This document shows positions 43,832 to 57,140 of a stretch of 64,000 bases of DNA, piece after piece. This DNA comes from Octopus vulgaris (Eukaryota): positions 81,096,001 through 81,160,000 of the forward strand of contig OX597817.1 of the NCBI GenBank assembly GCA_951406725.2. The letters run 5' to 3'. The notes under the pieces are model-generated. The model did not search any database, was not told the DNA's origin, and saw only the letters and a program-made list of their open reading frames with translations. Each line of letters opens with the position of its first letter. Within the stretch, counting starts at the first letter, position 1. Both the position numbers and the translations under genes were made by a program.

Positions 43832-44836
43832 TGTGCGTACCTATGTACCTATATATACATATACAGATGTGTGTGTGTATATATATATATATACATATAT
43901 CTACATATATATACATATATATTTATATACATATCTGTATATCTGTATGTATGTATGTATGTATGTATGTATGTATGTATTAATGTACTCACCCACGGAC
44001 ACTTAAACTGCAATGCACTAGACAATATATAGTTTGGGGAGGGAATATTTGCCCGGCCATTCATTAAAAGAATTGAAGTGAAAATTTAATCAATGCCTTT
44101 TTAGATTGGAAGGTTTATCTTTCACCAAGAAATAGGACCCCAGGTGATCCCTAAGGGGCCAAGCTATAAGCAATTAGTTTGCACTCTCCTAATTTCTAAG
44201 GCTGTATTATCTCAACAACAGGAATAATTTAGCAACAGAAAGAAAAATTTTGAAGTGATAACTTGGTGAATATTGGATGAAAAAAATTCAGTATATAAAA
44301 TGGTAGAATTCATTGGAGTTGCAGAAATGATAGATTCCTGAATACACCCAACCCTGAAGCACAACAAATTTATTTTTACAGTATTTTATTCTCATCAGCT
44401 TCTTAGTCAAATCAGGCTAATTATGAACTGTTGAATTTTTCTACCCTGAAAGAATGGGTGGGGTTTGATATTATTAATACCAGGCATATATTGGGGGCTG
44501 ATTCAGTTGCCTATATCTTTCTGCTACAATTTTTTATACCGTGTTATGAATATCGACCAATATTTGTAGGAAATATTCCAGGTAAAATGTTTAGCGGCAT
44601 TTCGGCCGTCTTTACGTTCTGACTTCAAATTCCGCTACGGTCAGCTGTGCCTTTAATCCGCTTGGAGTTGATAAAATAGGTACCAGTTGAGCACTGGGGT
44701 CGATGTAATCGGCTTCCTCCCTCCCCCCAAACCTGCTGGCCTTGTGCGAAAACTTGAAATCAATATTTGTAGAAAATTGTTTTTCTGTGTGACATATTTC
44801 CGTGTTTTGTCATTATTGAATGTACGGGAGTGTTAC

Positions 44837-45188
44837 CTGTCAAATTACAGGAAATTTTGAAAGTATATTTACGAAGATGAACACTGAATCTGTTGAAATT
44901 TCTGACAAAGAAGATTTTATTCTTTTCATACACACACCAAAAAAAAAACAAATATTGTCATTACTACGAACAAGAAAATGTCGATAGAGTTTCAACGTTA
45001 TTGTTCTTGGTGTGATTGTAATAGTAGTCAAAAAGTTAGCTACTGGTCGTCGTGTTGCTGTCGCCGATCGTTCGTCGTGTTTGTTGATATCTCGAGTTAG
45101 CAGCTGTCCGCGTCGGTTCGCCGCCCGTCTGCAGTCTCATCTCTGCTGTGTCTCAATGTTCTCTTTGCTGTATCCCAAAGTTCTCACT
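44837..45188 (-). other. Candidate non-coding first exon (5' UTR) of an unidentified gene
   Basis: Unique CpG-rich sequence starting at the predicted +1 and ending at CAG|GTAAC (44837/44836). Confidence 0.35.
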
Positions 45189-45220
45189 ATCAAGTAGTCA
45201 AGGTGTGCCGAATTTATAGT
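45185..45220 (-). promoter_or_regulatory. Candidate TATA box plus initiator
   Basis: CTATAAAT at 45219-45212 with TAGT (A at 45188) 30 nt downstream. Confidence 0.4.
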
Positions 45221-46064
45221 GATGATTAGGCTCAGAAAGAAACGCACCAAAAGTCGTTGTTGGAGCCTATTCCACACGAAGTTAGATTTTTTTTTTTATC
45301 ACGTGGGTAACATTCATGCGAATCGTGATATCGAGTGTAGTGATCTAACTGCTGAACATTCTCGCTAAATATATTTTTACTTCACTTTCACTTTCGCTCT
45401 TTTCAAGCCTAGCCAGGCTCATGGGCCCGATTTCCCAGTTTCTATAGCGTATGTGTTTCCCCCAGCTGGACGGGACGCCAGTCCATCGCAGATATATTTT
45501 TACTACCATTAGTAATATTAGGGAATATACCAAACATAAAATAATTATCGTTTAACTTTTATCAAAATTCTTGGTGCTTATACAAAATGGTGAAAAAAAT
45601 GCTGATTTTCGAAAAAAAAATGACATTTATTAATCGTCATGTGGTCCTGATGGTTATCTATTATAGAGGGAAACAACCTCTTTTAGATTAAACTAAGTTG
45701 AGTCGAGATTGAAAGTTTAGAGTTTGCAACAAAGAGAAACAAAGAGCATCCACTTTTAATTTTTTTGTACACATTATAAAGTTCTTAAAGTATCTACTCG
45801 TTTTAAACCCTTTAGAGCGCTATTTCATCCTCCTTTGGAATCTTCAGCAAGACATAATTTGAGACAAATATATTAAGCTAAATTCAACATTTCACGGATT
45901 TAGGCGTATCGTATCGAGAAAAACTTCATGGTTTATAGTTTAGAAGACATTCTTGATTTTTTCTTCATCTCATTTCATTACTTGTTCAACAAAAGAGAAA
46001 AGAAAGAGAGCGAGGAATTTCTTACATAAAGGTTAATAATTCCAATATTTATTATCTTAAATTA

Positions 46065-46475
46065 AGGCGACGAACTGGCAGAATCGTTAGCACGCCGGGC
46101 GAAATGCTTTGTGGTATTTCGTCCGCCGCTGCGTTCTGAGTTCAAATTCCACCGAGGTCGACTTTGCCTTTCATCCTTTCGGGGTTGATAAATTAAGCAC
46201 CAATTACGCACTGGGGACGATGTAATCGACTCAATCCGTTCGTTTGTCCTTGTTTGTCCCTTCTGTGTTTAGCCCCTTGTGGGTAGTAAAAAAATAGGTA
46301 TTTCGTCTGCCGCTATGTTTTCAGTTCAAATTCCGCCGAGGTTGACTTTGCCTTTCAACCTTTTTCGGGGTCGATTAAATAAGTACCAGTTACGCACTAG
46401 AGTCGATGTAATCGACTTAATCCCTTTGTTTGTCCCCTTTATGTTTATCCCCCTGTGGGCAATAAAGAAATAAAT
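46065..46475 (+). mobile_element. SINE-B with a tandemly repeated body
   Basis: One head (ggcgacgaactggcagaatcgttagc) and two body/tail modules. Confidence 0.85.
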
Positions 46476-46714
46476 ATTTATTACCTTAAAGTGAAATTAA
46501 ATGAAACAAATTTCTCGTTTTATATTTTCAATAAATGCGTTGCAATTTTTCCAAATTTTGTCAACATAATTGCAATCTATTCCGTTGAAAGCCTATCTCT
46601 GCGATATTTCGTAACAAATGTATATATTTTCATAAAGTTATAAGACACTTATCTTGTACCAACTCTTACGTTAACTTTCACTTTCTCTTTTATTCGCTCT
46701 TTCTCTCTCTCACT

Positions 46715-47165
<451 letters not shown>

Positions 47166-47764
47166 TGTGCGAAAAGATGAAAGACAAAGTCAGTCTCGGC
47201 AGAATTTGAACTCAAAACCTAAAGATTGATGAAATGCCGCTAGGCATTCTGCCAGCACACCGCCTTACATATTTAGTCATTATTAAGGTATAATATGCAC
47301 CACCTGTGGTTAAGGTATTGGATTTTATGATTACAGAGTCGTGGGTTTGATTCCCAGATCAAGCAGTACATCGTGTCCTTCAGCAACACACTTCAGTTCA
47401 CATCGTTCCAGTCTATTCAACAACGCATATGTAGCAGCAGCGGCAGCAGCGGCAGCAGCGGCAGCAGCGGCAGCAGCGGCAGCAGCAGGCAGTGGGGTGG
47501 AGGTTACCCCTTCAACAAACTGCCGTCTCGTTCAAAAGGGAGTCATATTATCTCAGTCGCTTAATCTCCTCAGAGACAGGGATAATATCCGACTATTTGG
47601 GCTTCAAGACTCGATACAGATTTTAATTTATGCAATATCTGAGTGAAGGACGGAGTTGTCGTGACTGGAATGTCTTTTCTCATAGGTCTGATCAATAAGG
47701 TTTGACCCTAGGGAAGAGATAAACACCGACAATACATTTGTCGACACATGTTGTCTATATTTCA

Positions 47765-48198
47765 ACGGGAGTGGTTGTGTGGTTAATAAGCTTGCTTCCC
47801 TACCATGTGGTTTTGAGTTCAGTCCCACTGCATGGCACCTTGAGCAAGTGTCTTCCACTATAGCCCCGGACTGACAAAAGCCTTGTGAGTAGATTGGTTG
47901 ATGGAAACTGAAAGAAGCTCGTCGTATATCTAAATTTATGCCTCGCGCGCGTGCGAGTGTGTGTATGTATGTGTGTGTATGTGTATGTTCGTTTGTCTCT
48001 GTTCTGTATTTTCCCCACACTAACACTGGTCAACCGGTGTTGGTTTGTTTATATCCCCATAACTTGGCGGTTCGTCAAAAGAAATTGAATGAAAAATAAG
48101 CACTAGGGTCGATTTCTTCAACTAAACCCGTCAAGGTGGTGCCCCAGCATGGCCGCTGTCCAATGACTAAAACAAGTAAAAAAATGAAAGGTAAAAGA
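47765..48198 (+). mobile_element. SINE family A
   Basis: gagtggttgtgtggttaataagc head, 'ggcaccttgagcaagtg' block and tail. Confidence 0.8.
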
Positions 48199-48597
48199 TA
48201 TCTGTTCAATCTACCAACATCATGTTAATAAGTATTTGACTATATTTCTATTACATTCCGTCTTCTCCTATAATCAGTAACAACTTGTTCACAATACATA
48301 TAGCTGAGAGCTAAGATATTTATTTAATAGTATATATCTTGTTGTGCCTTGTCTACGGGTCAATGATGTGAAGATTGGTGGGTTCGCGATGAGACGCTCG
48401 TTTTTAGACCCTTCACACACCCGATTCCGAGAGACAGAGGGTAGTGTGGGTAGGTGGGTAGGTAGGTATGTATGTAGGTAGGTAGGTAGGTAGGGTAGGT
48501 AGGTAGGTAGGTAGGTAGGTAGGTATGTAAGTAGGTAGGTAGGTAGGTAGGTAGGTAGGTAGGTAGGTAGGTAGGTAGGTAGGTAGGTAGGTAGGTA

Positions 48598-48862
48598 TAT
48601 GTGCAGATTTGTGTTTTGCTTTATGTATGTATTCTCATGCATATAGTTCCATATCTGGACACGGTCATACATATTTAGATGATAAACTTCTGGAAAGTTT
48701 TACAGATTTTTACAGTTCCAGTGATGGATTGGAACTATAGTCTTCTAATTAGCTTTCTCCTTTCTGGTTTTGGGAAGCCTAATTTCTCAAGATTAGTTTT
48801 TAGGCAGTGTTACATATACCAGGGCCCCAATAATTACAGGTATAAACCTGAACTTGTAATCT
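48598..48862 (-). pseudogene. R4/Dong LINE 3' fragment
   Basis: Nucleotide similarity to 26780-27045 and 13220-13480. Confidence 0.8.
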
Positions 48863-48877
48863 TGATGTATTTATGTA

Positions 48878-48928
<51 letters not shown>

Positions 48929-49155
48929 TGTATATATATGTATATTTATATATATATACTCTGTGTGTGTGTGTGTGTATGTGTGTGTGTTAGGCATTGA
49001 GATAGTAATAACTTGGTGTAGAACTCAATCTACAATGTTTCAGAACGAAGCGTTCGTTGAGTTCAGGCCAGTAGTAGGAAAGTGAGATTACAAACGAATA
49101 AACAATTACCTAATGAAGTTCGTTAGATAATTACTTATTCCTTTGTAATCTCATT

Positions 49156-49198
49156 TACTTATGCATTCATACATACATACATACTTACATACATAAAA

Positions 49199-49244
<46 letters not shown>

Positions 49245-49284
49245 TTTTATGTATGTAAGTATGTATGTATGTATGAATGCATAA

Positions 49285-49287
<3 letters not shown>
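49156..49287. repeat. Apparently perfect palindrome, about 132 bp, centred on (AT)n
   Basis: tacttatgcattcatacatac...aaaagc-(AT)n-gcttttatg...gaatgcataagta. Confidence 0.9.
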
Positions 49288-49315
<28 letters not shown>

Positions 49316-49319
<4 letters not shown>

Positions 49320-49936
49320 AATGGATGAATGAATTATCCTTTGTTTACAGTTAACACGCGGAAAATTCAATAAACAGTTACCAGGGTAGCAAAATTCATG
49401 CAAGTAACAAGGATGTAGTGACCTATTCAAAGGTAGAAATTCCGGGTTAATGTGCAGTAATTTGTATAGTATAACTAAATAAATGGAGTTGAACGCAGAT
49501 GTTATTCAAATTCTTTTACTTTCGACATATGTTTCGAAGACAACATTGGTATTATTCCAAAGGAATAAACGGTGTAAAATAATGTAATCTTTTCATCAGA
49601 AAAGAAAGAAAACCCATCACAACAACAAGACATTATAACAATTTTGATGACTGCATAAATGATAAGCAGAACGCAATTAAGTATTTTAAAAAATAACCGT
49701 TAGTAGATCTGACGTCAAAGGTAGACCATAGAAAGAGAAGGGGTAAAGAAATAATAAGTAGAGAACAAATAAAGGAGAAATATAGAGGGATGTGTTGGTT
49801 GAAAAAATGTTCAAAGGCCTGGAAGTAAATTTCTCTATTGAAGTAAAGTGCAAGGTGTGTTTCTGTCAGTGCTTACATTTGTAAGATCGAAAGTAAGAGA
49901 ATTTGAATAACATCTGCGTTCAACTCCATTTATTTA

Positions 49937-49940
<4 letters not shown>
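49316..49940 (-). mobile_element. (TA)n-flanked Penelope-like non-autonomous element with an HHR and a 50-bp inverted repeat
   Basis: HHR at 49519-49604. 49476-49525 is the reverse complement of 49887-49936 with one mismatch. Confidence 0.7.
49519..49604 (-). ncRNA. Type I hammerhead ribozyme with a long stem II
   Basis: CUUUU-CUGAUGA-AAAGAUUACAUU...AAUGUUGUCUUC-GAAAC-AUAU-GUC-GAAAG. Canonical core boxes and GUC triplet; palindromic CAUAUG stem III; the 10.1-11.1 pair is an A-C mismatch. Confidence 0.7.
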
Positions 49941-50012
<72 letters not shown>

Positions 50013-50016
<4 letters not shown>

Positions 50017-50132
50017 CTGCTCGCTTAGCCTGCGGGGTGGCGTCATATGAAGGCTAAAACAATGCGAAGCGCATTGTGACCAGCGATGTGTAACAACATC
50101 TGATGGCCTGGTCGGTCACGGTGATCACGGTG

Positions 50133-50134
<2 letters not shown>
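50013..50134. mobile_element. About 122-bp (TA)n-embedded element, copy 1
   Basis: Reverse complement of 56928-57049, with the same end points. Confidence 0.8.
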
Positions 50135-50189
<55 letters not shown>

Positions 50190-51058
50190 CAGAAACGGTT
50201 AGACAAAAGTCATCCTCTGAAACTCAGAATTATATTTAAAAGACAGTTATATACGATTCCATATGATGCATCTTCGAATCAATTTTCGAAGCCTTTTATT
50301 CAAACAATATAACATTATTCCAGCGGCTTCAGATTCAGTGAATTTATAACAATGATGGCGTAACCACCAGACTAGATGTTTTTCAACAACGGAAGTTATT
50401 AGTTCATTCTTTCGGAAACAACAGAGCAACTACCAATAAGATACTGGAGTTAATTTAATCAACTCTATCGATGGATGGATAAACAAATAAGCCTAATGCT
50501 TAAGTCGAACGAAATTATAATATACAATGAAATACTGAAGAGAAAAAAATTAACATAAAATTCAAGCTTACAGATTACGAAAGAACAATTTTTGCAACAG
50601 GAAGTTTTTGCTTCTATATTTTTTAATTGATTTACTGAAGTTTTCCTAATTATTTTTTACTCTATATTTTGTTTATTCTTTAATCTCTTCATAATTACAA
50701 CAATTGTTGCAGAAATTGATGAAAAAGCTAATCAGAGTTCCTGAGAGATTTCTCGGTAGATGGCGATTGCGAAATCGTCCGTATTGACTACTTGGAATAT
50801 CGTGTGATTTTTTTTTAATGCGCGCCATTTACAAATTACTTGGAAAGAGATAAGAATAGTTTGTGAGACTGAAACAGGGTAATGTCGAAATACTAACGAA
50901 AAATACTAGGACTTAATATTTATCAGAAAAGTCCAGCCTGAATACTTGCAGATAACAGTTATCAGGTGAGAAGTTTAAGTGCATATCTCATGAAAAAGAA
51001 TATGAATACATACATACATACATACATACATACATACATACATACATACATACATACA

Positions 51059-51092
<34 letters not shown>

Positions 51093-51156
51093 CATACATA
51101 CAAATAAAAAGAAAGAATGAAAGAAAGAAGGAAAAAGAAAGAAAGAAAGAAGGAAA

Positions 51157-51200
<44 letters not shown>

Positions 51201-51271
51201 AGGAAAAGTTATCAGAAGCTGCATTCAACAGCATATATCTGCCTGCAATAACTATCGAATGAAAACACCAA

Positions 51272-51477
<206 letters not shown>

Positions 51478-53464
51478 AGATGGAGTTTATCTGCAAGAAA
51501 GCTGATTGAATTCTGTAGCTTTTGATAACATTTCACAGACGGTCGACAAAACTTAACTTTTTACTAGGTTCAGGACGACATCTTGACATAGCAGTAGACC
51601 TTCCAACAGTGATACGATTTGAACTATTTATGATAAATTTACATCCATGAAACATCAACAATAATATGTAGAAAGTGTCTATGTAAAAAATCACACATCT
51701 TTCAAATTAATACATCTGCGCTCATTTCATTTAGTGAAAAGTCAACTGTAATATGTAGAGAGTGTGTATTTAAAAATCACACATCTTTTAAATTTATATA
51801 TTTGCTCTTATTTATTGAAATTCTGATTTATAAAATGATAGAATCAATACTAATCATGCAGATACACAATCAAATATCTAAAGCTATCAAAAGTTCTAAA
51901 CGATGGAAAGGACATTCGACTCATAAATGTATTAAATAGCTGAATAATACGAATTGCCTATATAGTTGTGTACAGTTATACATAATAAGTTCGTGTGTAA
52001 AAGTGGGAAGCCCTTCGCTGCGAAAACTGTCTCGGGACAAAGTTTTACTTATAGACAATATGTGTGTAAACACACCACTGGAATACAAAAAATAAAAAAA
52101 GACGTCATCGGATGACAAAGGAATGCACGCGCTACGGTATTTTTTACGCTTCGTCGGCTACGGACACCGAATCCGTTGTTCAAAGCCCACTAAGAACGGA
52201 CGTTCTTTTATTAAAATAGCAAATAGTACATTTGTTGTTATGTGCAAAGCATTTTTCAAACAGTGCACGAAGCAGTGGTGAATGAAATAAACTGGTGTGC
52301 AATCATATTTAACACGTTCGAATACACTCGGACGTGGAAGAACTTTCACTGAGAAAATAGTCTCGGAAAAAAATTCTCCCCAAAGTTAATGTGTATGAAA
52401 ATATATCATTGGGCTATGAGTAGGATGAATGAAATCGTAGTATGAATGCGTTTTTGCGTCGTTACCCTTCATCAGCTACGAACACTGAATCCATCGTTCA
52501 CTGCTCACTAAGAACTACCGTTCCTATATTTAATCAGCAAAGAATACATTTGGTGATGTGTGCAACACTTTGTCAAGCTGGAATTGATTTCTTTGAGACA
52601 TACTCAGTGTATTTGCAAAGACAGCAAAAACACATTTCATGAAATGCTTTTGAAACTTTATCCTAGCCTTTCACAGAAAGCCAGGGACTGCTTTCTGGGT
52701 GTGGCTTTGTAGATCTTATAAACTATACTGTGCGGACTATAAATACCACATGAAGCGCCAACCCAATTCGGATTGCATTAGTCAGTTCTCACTGTGGTTG
52801 ACGATAACGATGCTGTTAACTATCTACTTTGAATTTCCTCATTCTCTCTAACACATTGGTGTCCTTTCTCTCCCTCTTCCAAGTCTACAACTGAAACTAG
52901 GACAAGCGTTCTGTTGCCAGAAAAAAAATTAGATGCAGTATAACTATGTAAAATGTACAAGACTAACTGTCAAGGTTCTTATGTCCTTTGTGATGGAAAC
53001 CACCATTATGATTGGTTGTGGCAAGAGCGATGTTTCCGTTTCGCACATTGCTCTCATCCTATCAGAAATTTCATTTTCATTTCACGAGTCTTCAGTTTCT
53101 TGTTACTGTTTTTGTCGTTAATCTTTAACAAAGCTCAGTGAGTCCTACAGGGTTTCTGAAGTTGAACTGACAGATCCATGTTTCTCTCATAGTTAGCTTT
53201 TATGTTGAGTGCTCAGGCGTTAGAGCAAGCAGATATCTTTTCTTCAAACTATCAAACTGCAGAACAGGAAATGTAGACTATCCCAAAAGTTATAGCTCAA
53301 TAAAAAGAATTATTATTAGAATTTTTTCTGTTTTATGAGTTGTAAATCAATTTAGAATTACAAAAATAAATGTACAAAGTAAACCATAAAGATAGAATCT
53401 TCTTTAGTTCAAGTAATTAGTCAGATGTTTTAATTATATATTAAAGTGATAAGAAGCTGATCAA

Positions 53465-53644
53465 TAGGCGCGGGCATTGTTATATATTTAAGAAGCTCAT
53501 TTTCCAATCATGTTGTTTCGGTTTCAGTTCCACTACGCAACATTTTGAGCAATTGCTTTTTATTACTATAGCTTCGTGCCGTCCAATGCCTTGTAGGTGA
53601 ATTGGTAGACGAAAACTGTATGGAAGCCTGCCGTATATATATAC

Positions 53645-53695
<51 letters not shown>

Positions 53696-53900
53696 CGCCT
53701 TTATGTTTTTGATTGCCCTCACCACCACCGCATGACAACTGGTGTTGGTTTGTTTACGTCCCCATAACTTAGCAACCCGGCAAAAAATCGGCAGAAAAAT
53801 TTCCAGATTTAAAAAGAATAAGTTTAGGAAGCATTTATTCGGCTAAACACTTCAAGGTGGAGCTATAGCATGGCCGCAGTCAAATGACTAAAACAAAAGA
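53465..53900 (+). mobile_element. SINE family A, diverged
   Basis: Head, microsatellite and tail similarity. Confidence 0.7.
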
Positions 53901-54129
53901 TAATATACCATTCTTAGCAGCAGTGTTTCAATCAAATAAATTTATTAATTCAATGGCTCTTGATTTGTCTTCTGTTATATATGAATTCTTATTTAGTGTA
54001 CCTTATCACCTCACTTGTATCACTTATATTGACCAGCCTATTGCATGCTTTTATATCCCGCTAGTGACAATATACTTCCAATTCTTTCTGGATTGCGCCC
54101 TTCTTTTCTACCTTGGTCTAAATCGATAA

Positions 54130-54740
54130 ACTAAGTCGTCTTCACATCATCATGGAGACCTTCTGAGTGAGTTTTTCCAATCTCTTGGATACTACCCGGC
54201 AATTGCACGGACCAACATGTTGTCTGTGGAACTTGCTACATGTCCGGCCCAGCAGAACTTGTGTTTTCAGTATTCTGCAATTACGCTGTTCACGCTGCCC
54301 CATTTTGAAATTGTTCCATTTTGGATATGCTCTTCCAATAACATTCCTAGCAAGTATCTTTCCATGGCTCTTTGCGTTCTACTCAAGCGATATTCTTTTC
54401 TCTTCGTAATAGGTCACGTCTCACTTGCGTATAACAGCGCAGCTATTGAAGAGACTGTCACGTAAGATCTCGTCCCACTTTGCTTTGTGTACATGCTTTA
54501 TTCTAGTAAATGCCTTCCATCCTGACCTTATTCCCCAAGAGATTTCTGCGTATATATTCTCTTTGTACCCCAAGTAGACGTACTTCACTATCTCCTCAAG
54601 TTCATTGCTCCCCACCTCTATTCGGCCATGTGCTATGTCTTCGGACCGCATGTATTTCGTTCTCATGTAGTCCATTTTAAGGCCTACTACTGAGCTATAT
54701 GGATATCCAGTTATGTCAGCATGGTCTGCAGCTTATCTGT
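54130..54740 (-). pseudogene. RTE-clade LINE RT fragment
   Basis: 'RTKYM...IEVG..ELEEIVKYVYLG....EISWGIRSGWKAF' is the RTE post-YADD motif. Confidence 0.7.
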
Positions 54741-54974
54741 AGTTAGGTTGTAGAGTACCTTACAGGAGTATTAAACCGATTTGGTATTTGACAAGTACTT
54801 TATTTATATCGATCCCCAGAAAGAGGAAAGGTGAAGATGACGTTGATTAGAATTGAACTCTAACGTAAAGTGCTGTAACAAAACGCCGTTGGTGGTTCGT
54901 CTGATACTTTAACAATTATATCAGTTCTCCATCTGATATTTACAGTTTTTAGATAAGGATAAAGAGAATGCATC

Positions 54975-55220
54975 CTTCTTGAACCCTGTGGACTCACAAA
55001 GGCCGGTTTCCCGGTTTCCGTGGCGTATATTTATCTACCCCACTGGACTGGACGCCGGTTCGTCGCAGGATTACTCATTTTTGCCAGCTGAGTGGACTGG
55101 AGCAACGTGAAATGAAGTGTTTTGCTTAAGAACACAATGCGTCGCCCGGTCGAGGAATTGAAACCATAGTCTAATGATCCTGAGTCCAACACCCTGACCA
55201 CTAGGTCTCACACCTCCACT
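54975..55220 (-). mobile_element. tRNA-derived SINE with a family-C body and a V-domain-like block
   Basis: Minus strand: tRNA head, 'ccagtccactcagctggcaaaaatgagta', then 'cctgcgacgaaccggcgtccagtccag'. A related tail fragment is at 45405-45490. Confidence 0.7.
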
Positions 55221-55459
55221 AAATGTTTTTAGAACTGGAATATAATCGATATAATTGACATCAGTGCATGTCTGGTACTTAGTTTAATTGATTCCATTGG
55301 AATGACAGGAATGTTGTTTCTTTGTGGTGTTGACTACCTTAAATAAGAAATAATAAAAGTAGAAATTTAGTTGAGTGTTCCGGTGTCTCAATGACTCCGC
55401 GTTTGCTAAAGTTGCCAATAATGAATACCATGGATATAATAATTAGTGTAGCTGTGTTA

Positions 55460-56078
55460 GGCGGTGAGCTGGCAGAAACGTTAGCACGCCGGGCGAAATG
55501 CTCAACGGTATTTCGTCTGCCGCTACGTTTTGAGTTCAAGTTCCGCCGAGGTCGACTTTGCCTTTCATCCTTACGAGGTCGATTAAATAAGTACCAGTTA
55601 TGCACTGGGGTCGATATAATCGACTTAATCCCTTTGTCTGTCCTTGTTTGTCTTCTCTGTGTTTAGCCCCTTGTGGGTAGTAAAGAAATAGGTATTTCGT
55701 CTGCCGTTACGTTCTGAGTCCAAATTGCGCCGAGGTTGACTTTGCCTTTATATCCTTTCGGGGTCGATAAATTAAGTACCAGTTACGCACTGGGGTCGAT
55801 GTAATCGCCTTAATCTGTGTGTCTGTCCTTGTTTGTCCCTTCTAAGTTTAGCCCTTTGTGGGCAGTAAAGAAATAAGAAACGTTAGCGCGCCGGGCGAAA
55901 TGCTCAGCAGTATTTCGTCTGCTGTTAAATTCTGAGTTCAAATTCCGCCGAGGTCGATTTTGTCTTTCATCCTTTCAGAGTCGATAAATTAAGTACCAAT
56001 TGCGTACTGGGGTCGCTCTAATCGATTGGCCCCCTCCCCCAAAAAAATTTCGGGCCTTGTGCCTAGAGTAGAAAAGAA
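55460..56078 (+). mobile_element. SINE-B tandem array (three modules)
   Basis: Modules repeat with a period of about 185-220 bp. Confidence 0.85.
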
Positions 56079-56084
56079 TTACTC

Positions 56085-56256
56085 TGTAGTTGTGTGGTAA
56101 GAAGCTTGCTTCCCAACCGCATGGTTCCAGGTTCAGTCCCCCTGCGTAACTTCTTGGGCTCTTCTACTATAGCCTCGAGCCGACCAAAGCTTTGTAAGTG
56201 GATTTGATAGAGGGGAAACTGAAAGAAGCCCGTCGTATATATGTATGTGTATGTGA

Positions 56257-56291
<35 letters not shown>

Positions 56292-56475
56292 GTTCCCCCA
56301 CCACTGTTTGACAAATGGGATGTTGTGTTTGCGTCTCCGTAACTTAGCGGTTTGATAAAACAGATGGATAGAATAAGTACCAGGCTTAAAAAAGTTGTGG
56401 GGTCGAAAGATTCAAGGCGGTGCTCCAGCATGGCCACAGTCAAATGACTGAAACAAGTAAAAGATAAAAGAAAAA
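56085..56475 (+). mobile_element. SINE family A
   Basis: Head gtgtggtaagaagcttgc...ggttcagtccc and tail. Confidence 0.85.
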
Positions 56476-56521
56476 AGAGACAAAATGTTGCAAAACATTT
56501 CATTTCAAATCATAAAGTTTA

Positions 56522-56774
56522 TCTTTTACTTGTTTCAGTCATTGGTCGGCGGCCATGCTGGAGCATCCTCTTGAAGGGTCTAGAAGAACAAATTGCCCCC
56601 AGGACTTTTTTAAAGCCTAGTACTTAATTTATCTGTCTCTTTTGCCGAACAGCTAAGTTACTGGAATGTAAGCAAATCAACACCGTTTGTCCAGTGGTAG
56701 TAGGGAAACACACACACATACATATATGCATACATACATACATGCATACATACATACATACATACATACATACA

Positions 56775-56834
<60 letters not shown>

Positions 56835-56873
56835 ATTGTATTTATTTATCGCTTTTCATTCTTCTTACTTTTC

Positions 56874-56932
<59 letters not shown>

Positions 56933-57046
56933 CGTGATCACCGTGACTGACCAGTCTATCAGATGGTGCTACACATCGCTGGTCACAATGCGCTTCACAT
57001 TGTTTTAGCCTTCAAATGACGCCACCCCGCTGGCTAAGCGAGCAGG

Positions 57047-57099
<53 letters not shown>

Positions 57100-57140
57100 G
57101 GCTTTTTTCAGTTTCCCTCCCCTAAATCCACTTGTAAGTC
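56522..57140 (-). mobile_element. SINE family A (tail 56522-56710, head remnant about 57096-57140) with an insertion in its microsatellite
   Basis: Reverse-complement similarity to family A. Confidence 0.65.
56928..57049. mobile_element. About 122-bp (TA)n-embedded element, copy 2
   Basis: Inverted copy of 50013-50134. Confidence 0.8.

Noticed and set aside
45810-45850. Minus-strand CUGAAGA...GAAAU hammerhead-like match
   Set aside because: Stem II register is broken, there is no stem I, and there is no microsatellite context.
55460-56078. Regularly repeated units resembling a CRISPR array
   Set aside because: The units are SINE modules with no unique spacers and no cas genes, in eukaryotic DNA.
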